Below the pieces are notes generated by a model, which worked only from the letters and a program-made list of their open reading frames with translations, was not told where the DNA came from and searched no databases. 30,047 nucleotides of DNA from assembly GCA_030597645.1 (NCBI GenBank), contig JAUVRN010000001.1, positions 1 through 30,047 on the forward strand, written 5' to 3'. How positions within the stretch are numbered: the stretch's first letter is position 1; every line of letters begins with the position of its first letter. The DNA comes from Candidatus Zixiibacteriota bacterium. GTDB lineage: Bacteria; Zixibacteria; MSB-5A5; JAUVRN01. Made by a program: the position numbers and the translations under genes. Below, in pieces: positions 15,598-25,543 of the stretch.

Positions 15598-18500
15598 ATG
15601 GCCGACGGCTCAAGCCTGTTTCGGCAATACGAAGACGAGTTCGGCCTGCCGGCACGGGAAGAGGCCATTCTGGAGTTCTGGGAGCAGGCGAAGATCTTCG
15701 AACAGGTGCGTGCGCTGCGCGAAGACGCGGAGCACTTCGTGTTCTTCGAGGGTCCGCCCACGGCCAACGGCAGGCCCGGCATCCATCACGTCATTTCGCG
15801 AACCATCAAAGACCTGGTCTGCCGCTACAAGACCATGAAGGGCTACCGCGTCGACCGCAAGGCCGGCTGGGACACGCACGGACTGCCGGTTGAGCTCGAG
15901 GTGGAAAAGCGGCTCGGGCTACCTTCCAAGGCGGCCATCGAGGAGTTCGGTGTCGCCCGGTTCAACGCCGAGTGCAAGAAGTCGGTGTTCACCTACCTCG
16001 AGGACTGGAACGCACTCACGCGGCGGATGGGCTTTTGGCTCGACCTGGACGATCCGTACATCACCTTCACGAATGAATACATCGAATCGGTGTGGTGGAT
16101 CCTGGCGCAGTTGTTCCGGCGCGACCTGCTGTACCGGGGCAATCGCGTGGTGGCCTACTGCCCGCGGTGCGAAACCGCCCAGTCCAGTCACGAGGTGGCG
16201 CTGGGCTACAAGGATATCGCCGACCCGTCGGTCTTCGTCACTATGCCGCTGGTGGATGATCCCGAGACGTCATTCCTGGTCTGGACGACTACGCCCTGGA
16301 CGCTGATTTCGAACGTCGTGCTGGCGCTGCATCCCGAGGCCACCTACGCCAAGGTGCAGCACAGAGGTCGGAAGTTGATTCTGGCCGAGGCACTCCTCCA
16401 GGACGTGCTCGGCGACGAGTATGACATTCTCGAGCGGTTCGCAGGCTCAGACCTCGCGGGCAAGAAGTACCTGCCGCTCTTCGAGTTTTTTCCGGAGGTC
16501 AAGGAGCAAGGGTGCTTCACGCTGACCGAGACGTTCGTCACGCTTTCCGAAGGAACCGGCATCGTTCACATCGCACCGGCCTACGGTGAGGACGACCATC
16601 GCATCGGCAAGACCCTCGAACTGCCCATGCCGCAACCCCTGGACCAGGCCGGGCGGTTCACGGGCGCGGTGCCGGACTACGCGGGGAAGTTTTTCAAGGA
16701 AGCCGATCCGCTGATCACCGCAGATATGAAAAAGGCCGGGCGCCTGTATCGCGCCGGCACCTGCACGCACACCTATCCGTTTTGCTGGCGGTGCGACGCG
16801 CCGCTGCTCTACGTGGCGCGGCCCTCGTGGTACGTACGCACGACCCGCGTGCGTGACCGCATGATCGCCCACAACGACCAGATCGCCTGGTACCCGCCCG
16901 AAATCGGCAAAGGACGTTTCGGCGAATGGCTGGAGGGCAACGTCGACTGGGCCCTGTCTCGCGATCGCTACTGGGGAACGCCGCTGAATCTCTGGGTGTG
17001 TGACGGCTGCCATCGCATCGAGGCCCTGGAGAGTATCGCGGAGTTGAAGGAGCGCGGGCAGAACGTCTCCGATGAAGTGGACCTGCACAAACCGTGGGTG
17101 GATGACATCACACTGGCGTGCCCCGACTGCCAGGGGACGATGAAGCGGACGCCGGAGGTCATCGACGTCTGGTTCGACTCCGGTGCCATGCCCGTGGCCC
17201 AGTGGCACTATCCGTTCGAGAACAAGGAGCTGTTCGATAGCCACTTTCCGGCGGATTTCATCTCGGAAGCGGTGGATCAGACACGCGGCTGGTTCTACAG
17301 CCTGCTGGCCATCGCCACGCTCGTGTTCGACAAGCCGGCGTACAAGAACTGCGTGGTCATGGAGCTCATCCTGGACGGGGAAGGCCAGAAGATGTCCAAG
17401 TCCAAGGGCAACGTGGTCGACCCGTGGAAGGTGATCGGCGAAGTCGGCATCGATCCTCTGCGCTGGTACATGCTCTCGGCGTCGCAGCCCTGGATCCCGC
17501 TCAAGTTTGATCTCGAGGGACCGCGCGAAGTGGCCCGCAAGCTGTTCAGCACGCTGGGCAACACGTACTCTTTTTTCGCGCTCTACGCCAACGTCGACCG
17601 GGTGCCGCGGGAGTGGTTCACGGAGCCGCCCGGCGCGCTGACGCTGCCGGACCGGTGGCTGCTGTCGCGCGTACACTCCCTCACCCGACAGATCGACCGC
17701 TCGTTCGAACGCTACGACCTGACGCGTGCCCTGCGTGCCATCGGCACGTTCGTGCTCGACGATCTTTCCAACTGGTATGTGCGCCGATCACGCCGCCGGT
17801 ACTGGGTGGCGGCGGGCGGTGAAGACAAGCGGGCCGCTTTTTACACGCTCTATCAGGCACTGATGACCACCGCGAGGCTGATGGCACCGGCGGCGCCGCT
17901 GACGGCGGAGCGACTCTACCGCGACCTGATCGCGTATGCCGAGCCCGAGGCACCCGCATCGGTTCACCTGGTCGATTTTCCGACGGCGGACGAATCGAAG
18001 ATCGACACGGCTCTGGAAGAATCGATGTCGCTGGCCATCGATGCGGTGTCGCTGGGGCGGGCGGCTCGCGCGGCCGCCCAGATCAAGGTGCGGCAGCCGG
18101 TGGCCACCATGGTGGTCGTGGCCAATGCCGCGGCCCACGTCGAGGCGCTGATGGCGGTGTCCGATCTCGTGGCCGACGAAGTCAATGCCAAGCAGGTAGA
18201 CATCACCACCGACGGTGATCGCGTCGAGCAGCTGCGCGTGGTGCCCCACTTCCCGAAACTGGGGCCCGTGTTCGGCAAGAAGGTCAACGACGTAGCCGGA
18301 ATCCTCAAGAACCTGGGCGGTGACGAGGCGGCGCGATTCAAGTCCGACGGCCGCTGGCCCATCCACGTGGATGGGCACGACCACTGGGTGACCGACGACA
18401 TGGTCGAGTTTGTGGCCGAGGCGGCGGAAGGCTGGTCCATTGTCTCCGAGGGTCGCCTGACGGTGGCGGTGGACACGCGGCTGTCCGATGAGCTTGAGCT

Positions 18501-18777
18501 CGAAGGCCTGGCCCGCGAACTGGTGAACCGCATTCAAAACATGCGGAAAGAGGCGGGGTTCAAGGTGACCGATCGTATTGTGCTTGACCTGGACGGCCCG
18601 GATCGCGTTATGGAAGCCTTCGAAAGGCGGATGGACTATATTCTGCAGGAAACGCTGACGGTGGACGTGACACGCACGGGACATCCCGGAGAGCTCAAGA
18701 AGAACTGGCCCCTGGGAGACGGTGAGGCGATTATCTCTGTGGCCCGAGCAGACACAGCGGAGCAGACAGCCCGATGA
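15598..18777 (+). CDS. ileS: Isoleucyl-tRNA synthetase, type 2 (IleRS2), GxHH signature variant
   Basis: FFEGPPTANGRPGIHH, GWDTHGLPVE, GTGIVHIAPAYGEDD, WALSRDRYWGTP, DQTRGWF and KMSKS; long C-terminal extension (EGLARELVNRIQNMRK) typical of IleRS2. Confidence 0.97.
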   Translation: MADGSSLFRQYEDEFGLPAREEAILEFWEQAKIFEQVRALREDAEHFVFFEGPPTANGRPGIHHVISRTIKDLVCRYKTMKGYRVDRKAGWDTHGLPVELEVEKRLGLPSKAAIEEFGVARFNAECKKSVFTYLEDWNALTRRMGFWLDLDDPYITFTNEYIESVWWILAQLFRRDLLYRGNRVVAYCPRCETAQSSHEVALGYKDIADPSVFVTMPLVDDPETSFLVWTTTPWTLISNVVLALHPEATYAKVQHRGRKLILAEALLQDVLGDEYDILERFAGSDLAGKKYLPLFEFFPEVKEQGCFTLTETFVTLSEGTGIVHIAPAYGEDDHRIGKTLELPMPQPLDQAGRFTGAVPDYAGKFFKEADPLITADMKKAGRLYRAGTCTHTYPFCWRCDAPLLYVARPSWYVRTTRVRDRMIAHNDQIAWYPPEIGKGRFGEWLEGNVDWALSRDRYWGTPLNLWVCDGCHRIEALESIAELKERGQNVSDEVDLHKPWVDDITLACPDCQGTMKRTPEVIDVWFDSGAMPVAQWHYPFENKELFDSHFPADFISEAVDQTRGWFYSLLAIATLVFDKPAYKNCVVMELILDGEGQKMSKSKGNVVDPWKVIGEVGIDPLRWYMLSASQPWIPLKFDLEGPREVARKLFSTLGNTYSFFALYANVDRVPREWFTEPPGALTLPDRWLLSRVHSLTRQIDRSFERYDLTRALRAIGTFVLDDLSNWYVRRSRRRYWVAAGGEDKRAAFYTLYQALMTTARLMAPAAPLTAERLYRDLIAYAEPEAPASVHLVDFPTADESKIDTALEESMSLAIDAVSLGRAARAAAQIKVRQPVATMVVVANAAAHVEALMAVSDLVADEVNAKQVDITTDGDRVEQLRVVPHFPKLGPVFGKKVNDVAGILKNLGGDEAARFKSDGRWPIHVDGHDHWVTDDMVEFVAEAAEGWSIVSEGRLTVAVDTRLSDELELEGLARELVNRIQNMRKEAGFKVTDRIVLDLDGPDRVMEAFERRMDYILQETLTVDVTRTGHPGELKKNWPLGDGEAIISVARADTAEQTAR

Positions 18778-19151
18778 ACAAGAGAGAACTGGAGCATTTC
18801 GAGAAGCTGCTTTTGGAGCGGCGACAAGCGCTCGTTTCGGAGATGGGCCTCCTGCAGAAGACCGCACAGGAAACGACCAAGGAAGCAGCGGGCGAACATT
18901 CGGCGTACGCGTACCACATGGCCGACCTCGGCACCGATGCCATGGAGCGTGAAAAGACGTTCCTGCTGGCCTCCAAGAGCGGGCGCCTGCTGTACCACAT
19001 TGACGAAGCCATTCGCCGCATCCGCAGCAAGTCCTATGGCCAGTGCCACCAGTGCGGCGAGAACATCAACAAGACGCGCCTGGAGGCGGTGCCGCACGCG
19101 CGCCTGTGCATCGCCTGCCAGGAGCTCGAAGAGCAGCAGAAGCAGCGGTAA
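18774..19151 (+). CDS. TraR/DksA family C4 zinc-finger transcription factor
   Basis: Coiled coil with HMADLGTD tip; YGQCHQCGENI...RLEAVPHARLCIAC four-Cys finger. ATGA overlap with the ileS stop. Confidence 0.92.
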   Translation: MNKRELEHFEKLLLERRQALVSEMGLLQKTAQETTKEAAGEHSAYAYHMADLGTDAMEREKTFLLASKSGRLLYHIDEAIRRIRSKSYGQCHQCGENINKTRLEAVPHARLCIACQELEEQQKQR

Positions 19152-19160
19152 CCCGAACAG

Positions 19161-19754
19161 GTGAACACCACCTCCGCCACACCGAGCGCCTCACCGGCTC
19201 CCCCGGTGGAGTCGTGGTGGAGTCGGGCGTTTTTTGCCCTCTGGCCCGCCGGGGCCATCGTGCTCGTCGATCAACTCTCCAAAATCACCATTCAAATGAA
19301 CATGGAGCCGGGCACGTCGGTACACGTGCTGGGCACCGTCGTCCAGTTCACGCATCAGCTCAACCCGGCCGGGGCCATGAGCATTCGCCTGGGGCCACCG
19401 TCCTTTTACCTGGTGATCACGGCGGCGGTCGTGATCTTCCTCGCCTGGTCGCTGGTTCAGAAGCCACTGCCCACGGCGACGCGCTGGGCGTTGCTCCTGG
19501 TACTGGGCGGTGCTGTGGGAAACATGATCGACCGGATACGACTCGGTGCGGTGATCGATTTCATCGACGTCGAGTTCATCGACTTTTCAATGCCCGCCAT
19601 CGATCTGGGACCCATTCACGTTCCCGGTGAGGTGATGACGCGTTGGCCCGTATTTAATGTGGCCGATGCCTGCGTGACCTCAGGCATCGTCCTGCTCATT
19701 CTCGCGACATTCATATTTGACCGGCACTATGCAGCACAGGGTGACAGTGACTGA
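19161..19754 (+). CDS. lspA: Lipoprotein signal peptidase II
   Basis: VLVDQLSK, NPAGAMS, GGAVGNMIDR, GAVIDFID and WPVFNVAD (both catalytic Asp present). Confidence 0.95.
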   Translation: MNTTSATPSASPAPPVESWWSRAFFALWPAGAIVLVDQLSKITIQMNMEPGTSVHVLGTVVQFTHQLNPAGAMSIRLGPPSFYLVITAAVVIFLAWSLVQKPLPTATRWALLLVLGGAVGNMIDRIRLGAVIDFIDVEFIDFSMPAIDLGPIHVPGEVMTRWPVFNVADACVTSGIVLLILATFIFDRHYAAQGDSD

Positions 19755-20673
19755 AGCTCAGGACGGCATGCGCCTGGACGTTTGTCTGGCCGCATGCCTG
19801 CCTGAGTTTTCCCGAGCGCAGATCAAACGCCTGATCGATCAGGGCCGCGTGTATGGTCCCGCGCGCAAGGCCTCCGATCGTGTACGCCCCGGCTGGGTGT
19901 TCGATGTCGACGCCGAACCACAGGGGTCGGTGCTGGAGCCGGAGGCCGTAGAATTCCGGATCGTCTATTCGGACGAGCACCTGGTCGTGGTCGACAAGCC
20001 GGCCGGGTTGGTTGTGCACCCGGCTCCGGGGCATCGCCGGGGAACGCTGGTTCAGGGCTTGCTTCATCGCGTGGGTACCCTGGCGGGGCTCGGATCGCCA
20101 TTGAGGCCGGGTGTGGTCCACCGGCTCGACAAAGACACCAGCGGCCTGATCGTAGTTGCGCGCACCGATTCCGCATACCAGTCTCTGGCAGAGCAGATTG
20201 CTGACCGAAAGGTCGGCCGTACCTACACCGCCATCGTCTGTGGCCACATGAAAGCGGACCAGGGAACCATTGACGCAGCGATCGGCCGCTCGCGACGCGA
20301 CCGCAAGCTCATGCGCGTGGGCGCGCACGGCAAAGCGGCCGTGACGCACTTCGAAGTGACCGACACCGTGGGTCCGTGTGACATTCTGCACGTGACGCTC
20401 GGCTCGGGTCGCACGCACCAGATTCGCGTGCATATGCGCCATCTCGGCAAGCCGGTATTCGGCGATCCCACATACGGTGGCCGGGGACGCTGGGCCACCG
20501 GTCTGCCGGTACCCGAGCGCCGGCGTGTGCAGAAGGCGCTGGAGGTGTTGCCCCGCCAGGCGTTGCACGCCGCGGGACTGAGCTTCGTTCATCCCGCCCG
20601 TGGCGAGAGGCAGCGTTTCCAAAGCGATCTTCCGGAAGACATTCGCACCGTCATGGAGATCCTGAGGGGATGA
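19729..20673 (+). CDS. rluD: RluA/RluD family 23S rRNA pseudouridine synthase with S4 domain
   Basis: RLDVCLA...SRAQIKRLI (S4), [19 protein letters not shown] (catalytic Asp), GRTHQIRVH and RQALHA. ATG 19729 is preferred over TTG 19717. Confidence 0.9.
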   Translation: MQHRVTVTEAQDGMRLDVCLAACLPEFSRAQIKRLIDQGRVYGPARKASDRVRPGWVFDVDAEPQGSVLEPEAVEFRIVYSDEHLVVVDKPAGLVVHPAPGHRRGTLVQGLLHRVGTLAGLGSPLRPGVVHRLDKDTSGLIVVARTDSAYQSLAEQIADRKVGRTYTAIVCGHMKADQGTIDAAIGRSRRDRKLMRVGAHGKAAVTHFEVTDTVGPCDILHVTLGSGRTHQIRVHMRHLGKPVFGDPTYGGRGRWATGLPVPERRRVQKALEVLPRQALHAAGLSFVHPARGERQRFQSDLPEDIRTVMEILRG

Positions 20674-21806
20674 GTGTAACACGCCGGTCGCAGAGAAAGC
20701 CCGGTCGGCGCCGGGCCATCCTGATGCTCGAGGATGGCTTCGTCCTCGACGGAACGGCCGTCGGGACGCGAGGCGAAGTCACCGGAGAAGTGGTTTTTCA
20801 TACCGGCATGACCGGCTATCCGGAAGTCGTGTCCGATCCCTCCTATGCCGGTCAGATCGTGACGTTCACATACCCCCAGATTGGCAACTACGGTATCGCG
20901 CCCGAGGACTTCGAAGCGACCCGGATCCGTCTCCGGGGCGTGGTGGTGCGCGACGCATGTCGCACGCCTTCGAACTGGCGCTCGAGCCTGAGCTTTCCTG
21001 ATCTGCTTTCGCGGCGCGGCGTGGTGGGCATCGAGGGTGTCGACACGCGGGCGCTCACCCTGCGGCTGCGCGACCGGGGTGTCATGCGCGGCATCATCAG
21101 TCACGTCGACTTCGACACGGATTCGCTCTCCGGCAAAATCAACGCCGAGCCTGCCATGACCGGCCAGGACCTTACCGGTGAAGTGACGACCCGTACGGCA
21201 TATACGGTGGAACCGGACAGAGCACGATTTTCCGTCGTGGCCTACGACTTTGGCATCAAGGCCAACATTCTCCGCGGACTGGTAACCGAAGGCTGCCGCG
21301 TGGAGGTCGTGCCCGCAGACACGTCGGCGGAGAGTGTACTGGCGCGCCGGCCCGACGGCGTCTTTCTCTCCAACGGACCCGGGGATCCGGCGGCCGTGCA
21401 CAAAGCCATCCGCAACGTCGAGCGCCTGGTCGGGCTGGTGCCGATGTTCGGTATCTGCCTGGGGCACCAGATTCTTTCGCTGGCGCTCGGTGCGGAAACG
21501 TACAAGCTGAAGTTCGGTCATCACGGCGCCAATCATCCTGTCACCAACCTGGCTACGGGCCGTGTCGAAGTGACCAGCCACAATCACGGATTTGCCGTGC
21601 GCGAGGAATCCCTTGCCACGGCCGGCCTCGAACTGACGCACCGCAATCTCAATGACGGTTCGGTCGAGGGCTATCGTCACCCAGAATACCGGTGCTTCGC
21701 TGTGCAGTACCACCCCGAGGCGGCACCCGGACCGCACGACGCCGGCTACCTGTTCGCGGAGTTCAGCCGGCTCATGGAGCAATATCGCGAGGCCGCCTAT
21801 GCCTAG
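20670..21806 (+). CDS. carA: Carbamoyl-phosphate synthase small (glutaminase) subunit
   Basis: [35 protein letters not shown] (catalytic Cys), GHHGANHP and QYHPE. ATGA overlap with the rluD stop. Confidence 0.97.
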   Translation: MSVTRRSQRKPGRRRAILMLEDGFVLDGTAVGTRGEVTGEVVFHTGMTGYPEVVSDPSYAGQIVTFTYPQIGNYGIAPEDFEATRIRLRGVVVRDACRTPSNWRSSLSFPDLLSRRGVVGIEGVDTRALTLRLRDRGVMRGIISHVDFDTDSLSGKINAEPAMTGQDLTGEVTTRTAYTVEPDRARFSVVAYDFGIKANILRGLVTEGCRVEVVPADTSAESVLARRPDGVFLSNGPGDPAAVHKAIRNVERLVGLVPMFGICLGHQILSLALGAETYKLKFGHHGANHPVTNLATGRVEVTSHNHGFAVREESLATAGLELTHRNLNDGSVEGYRHPEYRCFAVQYHPEAAPGPHDAGYLFAEFSRLMEQYREAAYA

Positions 21807-24800
21807 GCTGGAAGGTTTGAAGAGCATCATGATTGTCGGCTCCGGACCGATCGTCATCGGCCAGGCCTGCGAATTCGACTACTCGGGGACCCAGGCGTGC
21901 CGCGCGCTGCGTCGCGAGGGGCTGCGCATCATTCTGCAAAACAGCAACCCCGCCACCATTATGACCGACCCGGAGGTGGCGGATGCCACGTACATCGAAC
22001 CGCTCATTCCCGAAGCGGCCCGGGCCATCATCTCCCGTGAGCGCCCCGATGCGTTGCTCCCCACGCTGGGAGGCCAGACGGCATTGAACCTGGCGCGCGC
22101 CCTGCACGAGGACGGCACGCTCGAGCGGTTCGGCGTTCGCCTGCTGGGTGCTTCCGCACACACCATCGAACTGGCCGAGGATCGACTCAAATTCAAGGAG
22201 GCCGGCAAAGCCGCGGGTCTGGACGTGCCCGAGTCCGAGCTGGTGACCTCGGTGGCGCAGGCGGAAACGGTAGCGCAACAGATCGGCTTTCCGATGGTGC
22301 TGCGCCCCAGCTTCACCCTCGGCGGGCAGGGTGGAGGCATCGCGTTCAACATCGAAGAACTGAGACAGATCGTCGCCTCGGGCTTGCTCGCCTCACCGGT
22401 GAAATCCGTGCTGCTGGAAGAGTCGGTACTCGGCTGGAAGGAATACGAGCTCGAGGTCATGTGCGACGGTGCCGGCAATGGGGTCGTCGTGTGCACCATC
22501 GAGAACTTCGATCCCATGGGCGTCCACACCGGCGATTCGATCACCGTCGCGCCGGCGCAGACGCTCACCGACAGGGAATACCAGAAACTCCGGGACTGGG
22601 CGCTGACCGTGTTGCGCGTCCTCGGCGTGGCCACCGGTGGCGCCAATGTCCAGTTTGCCGTCCAGCCCGAGACCGGTCGCACCATCGTCATCGAGGCCAA
22701 CCCGCGTGTGTCGCGATCGTCCGCCCTTGCCTCCGAGGCCACGGGATTTCCCATCGCCAAGATCGCGGCGATGGTGGCGATCGGCTACCGCCTCGACGAA
22801 CTGCCCCACGAGATCACCGGCAAGACACCTGCCTGCTTCGAACCGGCGCTCGACTACGTGGTGGTCAAGATGCCGCGGTTCGCCTTTGACAAGTTCCCGG
22901 GCACCTCGTCTGCGCTCGGCACGCAGATGAAATCCGTGGGTGAGGTGATGTCCATCGGTCGGACGTTCAACGAAGCGCTCGGCAAGGCGCTGCGCAGTCT
23001 CGAGCAGGCCGATTCGGGTATCCTGCACTATGCACGTCTGGGCTGGAAGGAAGACCGCTGGCGGCCCCAGCTCCTCAAACCCAATGCCGATCGCCTGCGC
23101 GCTGTAGTGGCCGCGCTGGCCGATGGCTGCGATCCGGCGGAGTTGGCGACGATTACCGGCATCGACCGCTGGTTTCTCGACCAGCTTGCCGAAGCCGTGA
23201 GCCTCGCCGCCCGGATCACCACGGACAGCGCCGGTCTATTCGAGCAGGCTCCCTCCGAGAAGATCCCCTGGTCCCTGCTCAAGTCGCACGGGTTTGGCGA
23301 CGCCGAACTGGCCTGCGCCTGGGGTGCAGACGAGGTGGAGGTGCGCAAGGCACGCGAACGAGCCGGCGTGGTGCCGGTGTACAAAACGGTCGACACCTGT
23401 GCGGGCGAATTCGCCGCCACCACGCCCTACTTTTATTCCTGCTACGAATCCCACACCGAAGGCGGCCGGCTGGGTCGGCGAACGGTGATCATCCTCTCCA
23501 GCGGTCCCAACCGCATTGGTCAGGGGGTAGAGTTCGATTACTGCTGCGTGCGTGCCGTGTACGCATTTCGTGCCGCCGGGTACGACACGATCCTGATCAA
23601 CTCCAATCCCGAGACCGTCTCCACGGACTACGACACCTCAGATCGTCTCTACTTCGATCCGCTGACCGCGGAAGACGTGCTCGCCGTGTGCGACCGGGAA
23701 AAACCGTATGGCGTCGTGGTGCAGCTGGGCGGTCAGACCCCGCTGCGCCTGGCGCGTCCGCTGCGGCGAGAGGGTATACGACTCCTGGGCACGCAGGTGG
23801 AAGCCATCGATCGTGCCGAGGATCGAGCACGCTTCGGCATGCTGCTTAACCGCCTGCAGATACCGCAGGTGCCGGCCGGTGTGGTGCAGGGGCGACTGCA
23901 GGCCGCGCGGCTCATTCGCAAGCTGGGGTTGCCGGTGCTCGTGCGTCCCTCGTACGTCCTGGGCGGCGAGGCCATGCGGGTCATCTACGAGGAAGAGGCG
24001 GCGCTGGCCTACGTCGATGAGGTCCTGAAACGTTACCCCGACGCGACCTTGCAGATAGATCGATTCCTGGAAGACGCGGTGGAAGCCGACGTGGATGCGG
24101 TGTCGGATGGCAAGACCGCGTTCATCGCCGGCATCATGGAGCACATAGAGGAAGCGGGGGTACACTCCGGCGATTCGGTCTGCGTGACGCCTGCGGTCAG
24201 TCTCTCACCCGCGGTGCAGTCGACCATGCGTCACTACACCGAACAGATTGCGCTGTCGCTGGGGGTGAAGGGGCTGCTCAACATCCAGTTCGCCGTCAAG
24301 GGTGATCAGGTGTATGTGCTCGAGGCCAATCCGCGGGCCTCGCGCACGGTGCCGTTCATCTCCAAGGCCACGGGGTATCCGATCATCGACTGGGCGGTAC
24401 GGGTGATGCTCGGTGACACGCTGGTCGACCTCGTGCCCGAAGAAGCCGTCGAACCGAAGCATGTTTCGGTGAAGATGCCCGTATTCCCGTTCGACCGTTT
24501 CCCGGGTGCCGACCTGATCCTCGGTCCGCAGATGCGCTCCACCGGTGAGGCCATGGGCATCGACCGCGACTTCGGCCGGGCACTGGCCAAGGCGTATTAC
24601 GCCCTGCCGGGTGGTCTGCCTACCGGGGGAACCGCCTTTATCAGCGTGGCCGATCGCCACAAACGTGAGGGCACGGCGCTGGCGCGATCGCTGGCGGATC
24701 TCGGGTTCCATCTGATTGCTACGCCGGGCACCGCAAGGGTGATCGAACGTTTCGGCATCCCGTGCCGGCACGTCCGCAAGGCCAGCGAGATGCGCCCCAA

Positions 24801-25053
24801 CATCATCGATCAGCTTACCGACGGCAGCGTGACGCTGGTCATCAACGTGCCGGAAGGTTCACGTCCGTATCACGACTCCAAGGCGATTCGCCGTACCGCG
24901 CTGGAGCGAAGTATCCCCTGCATCACCACCATCGCCGGCGCGCACGCCGCCATCGCCGGCATCGTCGCGCGCCAGCGAAAAGATCTTGGGGTGAAACCGT
25001 TGCAGGAGTACCTGGGAATTACGGAAACGACAGCGGAACCGGTCGTGACGTGA
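21799..25053 (+). CDS. carB: Carbamoyl-phosphate synthase large subunit
   Basis: [16 protein letters not shown], two ATP-grasp halves (GVHTGDS; GVHSGDS), [13 protein letters not shown] and a C-terminal MGS domain. True start is ATG 21799, not the ORF-track 21652. Confidence 0.97.
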   Translation: MPRLEGLKSIMIVGSGPIVIGQACEFDYSGTQACRALRREGLRIILQNSNPATIMTDPEVADATYIEPLIPEAARAIISRERPDALLPTLGGQTALNLARALHEDGTLERFGVRLLGASAHTIELAEDRLKFKEAGKAAGLDVPESELVTSVAQAETVAQQIGFPMVLRPSFTLGGQGGGIAFNIEELRQIVASGLLASPVKSVLLEESVLGWKEYELEVMCDGAGNGVVVCTIENFDPMGVHTGDSITVAPAQTLTDREYQKLRDWALTVLRVLGVATGGANVQFAVQPETGRTIVIEANPRVSRSSALASEATGFPIAKIAAMVAIGYRLDELPHEITGKTPACFEPALDYVVVKMPRFAFDKFPGTSSALGTQMKSVGEVMSIGRTFNEALGKALRSLEQADSGILHYARLGWKEDRWRPQLLKPNADRLRAVVAALADGCDPAELATITGIDRWFLDQLAEAVSLAARITTDSAGLFEQAPSEKIPWSLLKSHGFGDAELACAWGADEVEVRKARERAGVVPVYKTVDTCAGEFAATTPYFYSCYESHTEGGRLGRRTVIILSSGPNRIGQGVEFDYCCVRAVYAFRAAGYDTILINSNPETVSTDYDTSDRLYFDPLTAEDVLAVCDREKPYGVVVQLGGQTPLRLARPLRREGIRLLGTQVEAIDRAEDRARFGMLLNRLQIPQVPAGVVQGRLQAARLIRKLGLPVLVRPSYVLGGEAMRVIYEEEAALAYVDEVLKRYPDATLQIDRFLEDAVEADVDAVSDGKTAFIAGIMEHIEEAGVHSGDSVCVTPAVSLSPAVQSTMRHYTEQIALSLGVKGLLNIQFAVKGDQVYVLEANPRASRTVPFISKATGYPIIDWAVRVMLGDTLVDLVPEEAVEPKHVSVKMPVFPFDRFPGADLILGPQMRSTGEAMGIDRDFGRALAKAYYALPGGLPTGGTAFISVADRHKREGTALARSLADLGFHLIATPGTARVIERFGIPCRHVRKASEMRPNIIDQLTDGSVTLVINVPEGSRPYHDSKAIRRTALERSIPCITTIAGAHAAIAGIVARQRKDLGVKPLQEYLGITETTAEPVVT

Positions 25054-25062
25054 GATGTGCCC

Positions 25063-25449
25063 CTACGGCGCGATCCAGTCCCACAGCGCCTCGGCTCCGA
25101 TGAACCGGTCGCCGGGCACCGGAATGTTGCTCACCGTGCCGCTGGTCCCATGCGCGATGGAGGGGAAGAGTACACCGGTTACGGTCGTTAGGTTGGAGTC
25201 CTGGGGTGGTCCGAGCCAGGTCGTCACGGCGATGCGCACCTGGTAAATCGTTCTCTGCGAATTATTGGTGACCTTGACGTATTTAAACTGAATCTGTCGA
25301 CTCATATTGTCATCCGGGTTACCGGTGACGGTCACCGGCTGACCCGCGGGCGCACCTGGGGAGGAGGGAAGATCCTTGGAACAGGACACCAGCCAGAACA
25401 GGCTCAGGCCCAGTGCGGCCAGGATCAGGCATTTTCTGATCATCATCAC
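25063..25449 (-). CDS. Small hypothetical lipoprotein with a probable beta-sandwich (FxLYD-like) domain
   Basis: Signal peptide II with lipobox LVSC, Pro/Ser linker, then beta-strand-rich VKVTNNSQRTIYQVRIAV. The fold assignment is inference only. Confidence 0.75.
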   Translation of the reverse strand: MMMIRKCLILAALGLSLFWLVSCSKDLPSSPGAPAGQPVTVTGNPDDNMSRQIQFKYVKVTNNSQRTIYQVRIAVTTWLGPPQDSNLTTVTGVLFPSIAHGTSGTVSNIPVPGDRFIGAEALWDWIAP

Positions 25450-25543
25450 GACCCAGCGAGTGGTTTCAATATAACATTATTCCCGGCTGCCACGGACCAT
25501 CTGGGGTCCCCGGGCCAGGACCCGCAGCGGCGCCGGATGGCTC

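Noticed and set aside
2035-18777. Link between agmatine synthesis and ileS through agmatidine tRNA-Ile modification
   Set aside because: Agmatidine needs archaeal TiaS, which is not in the window. The loci are 11 kb apart in separate transcription units.
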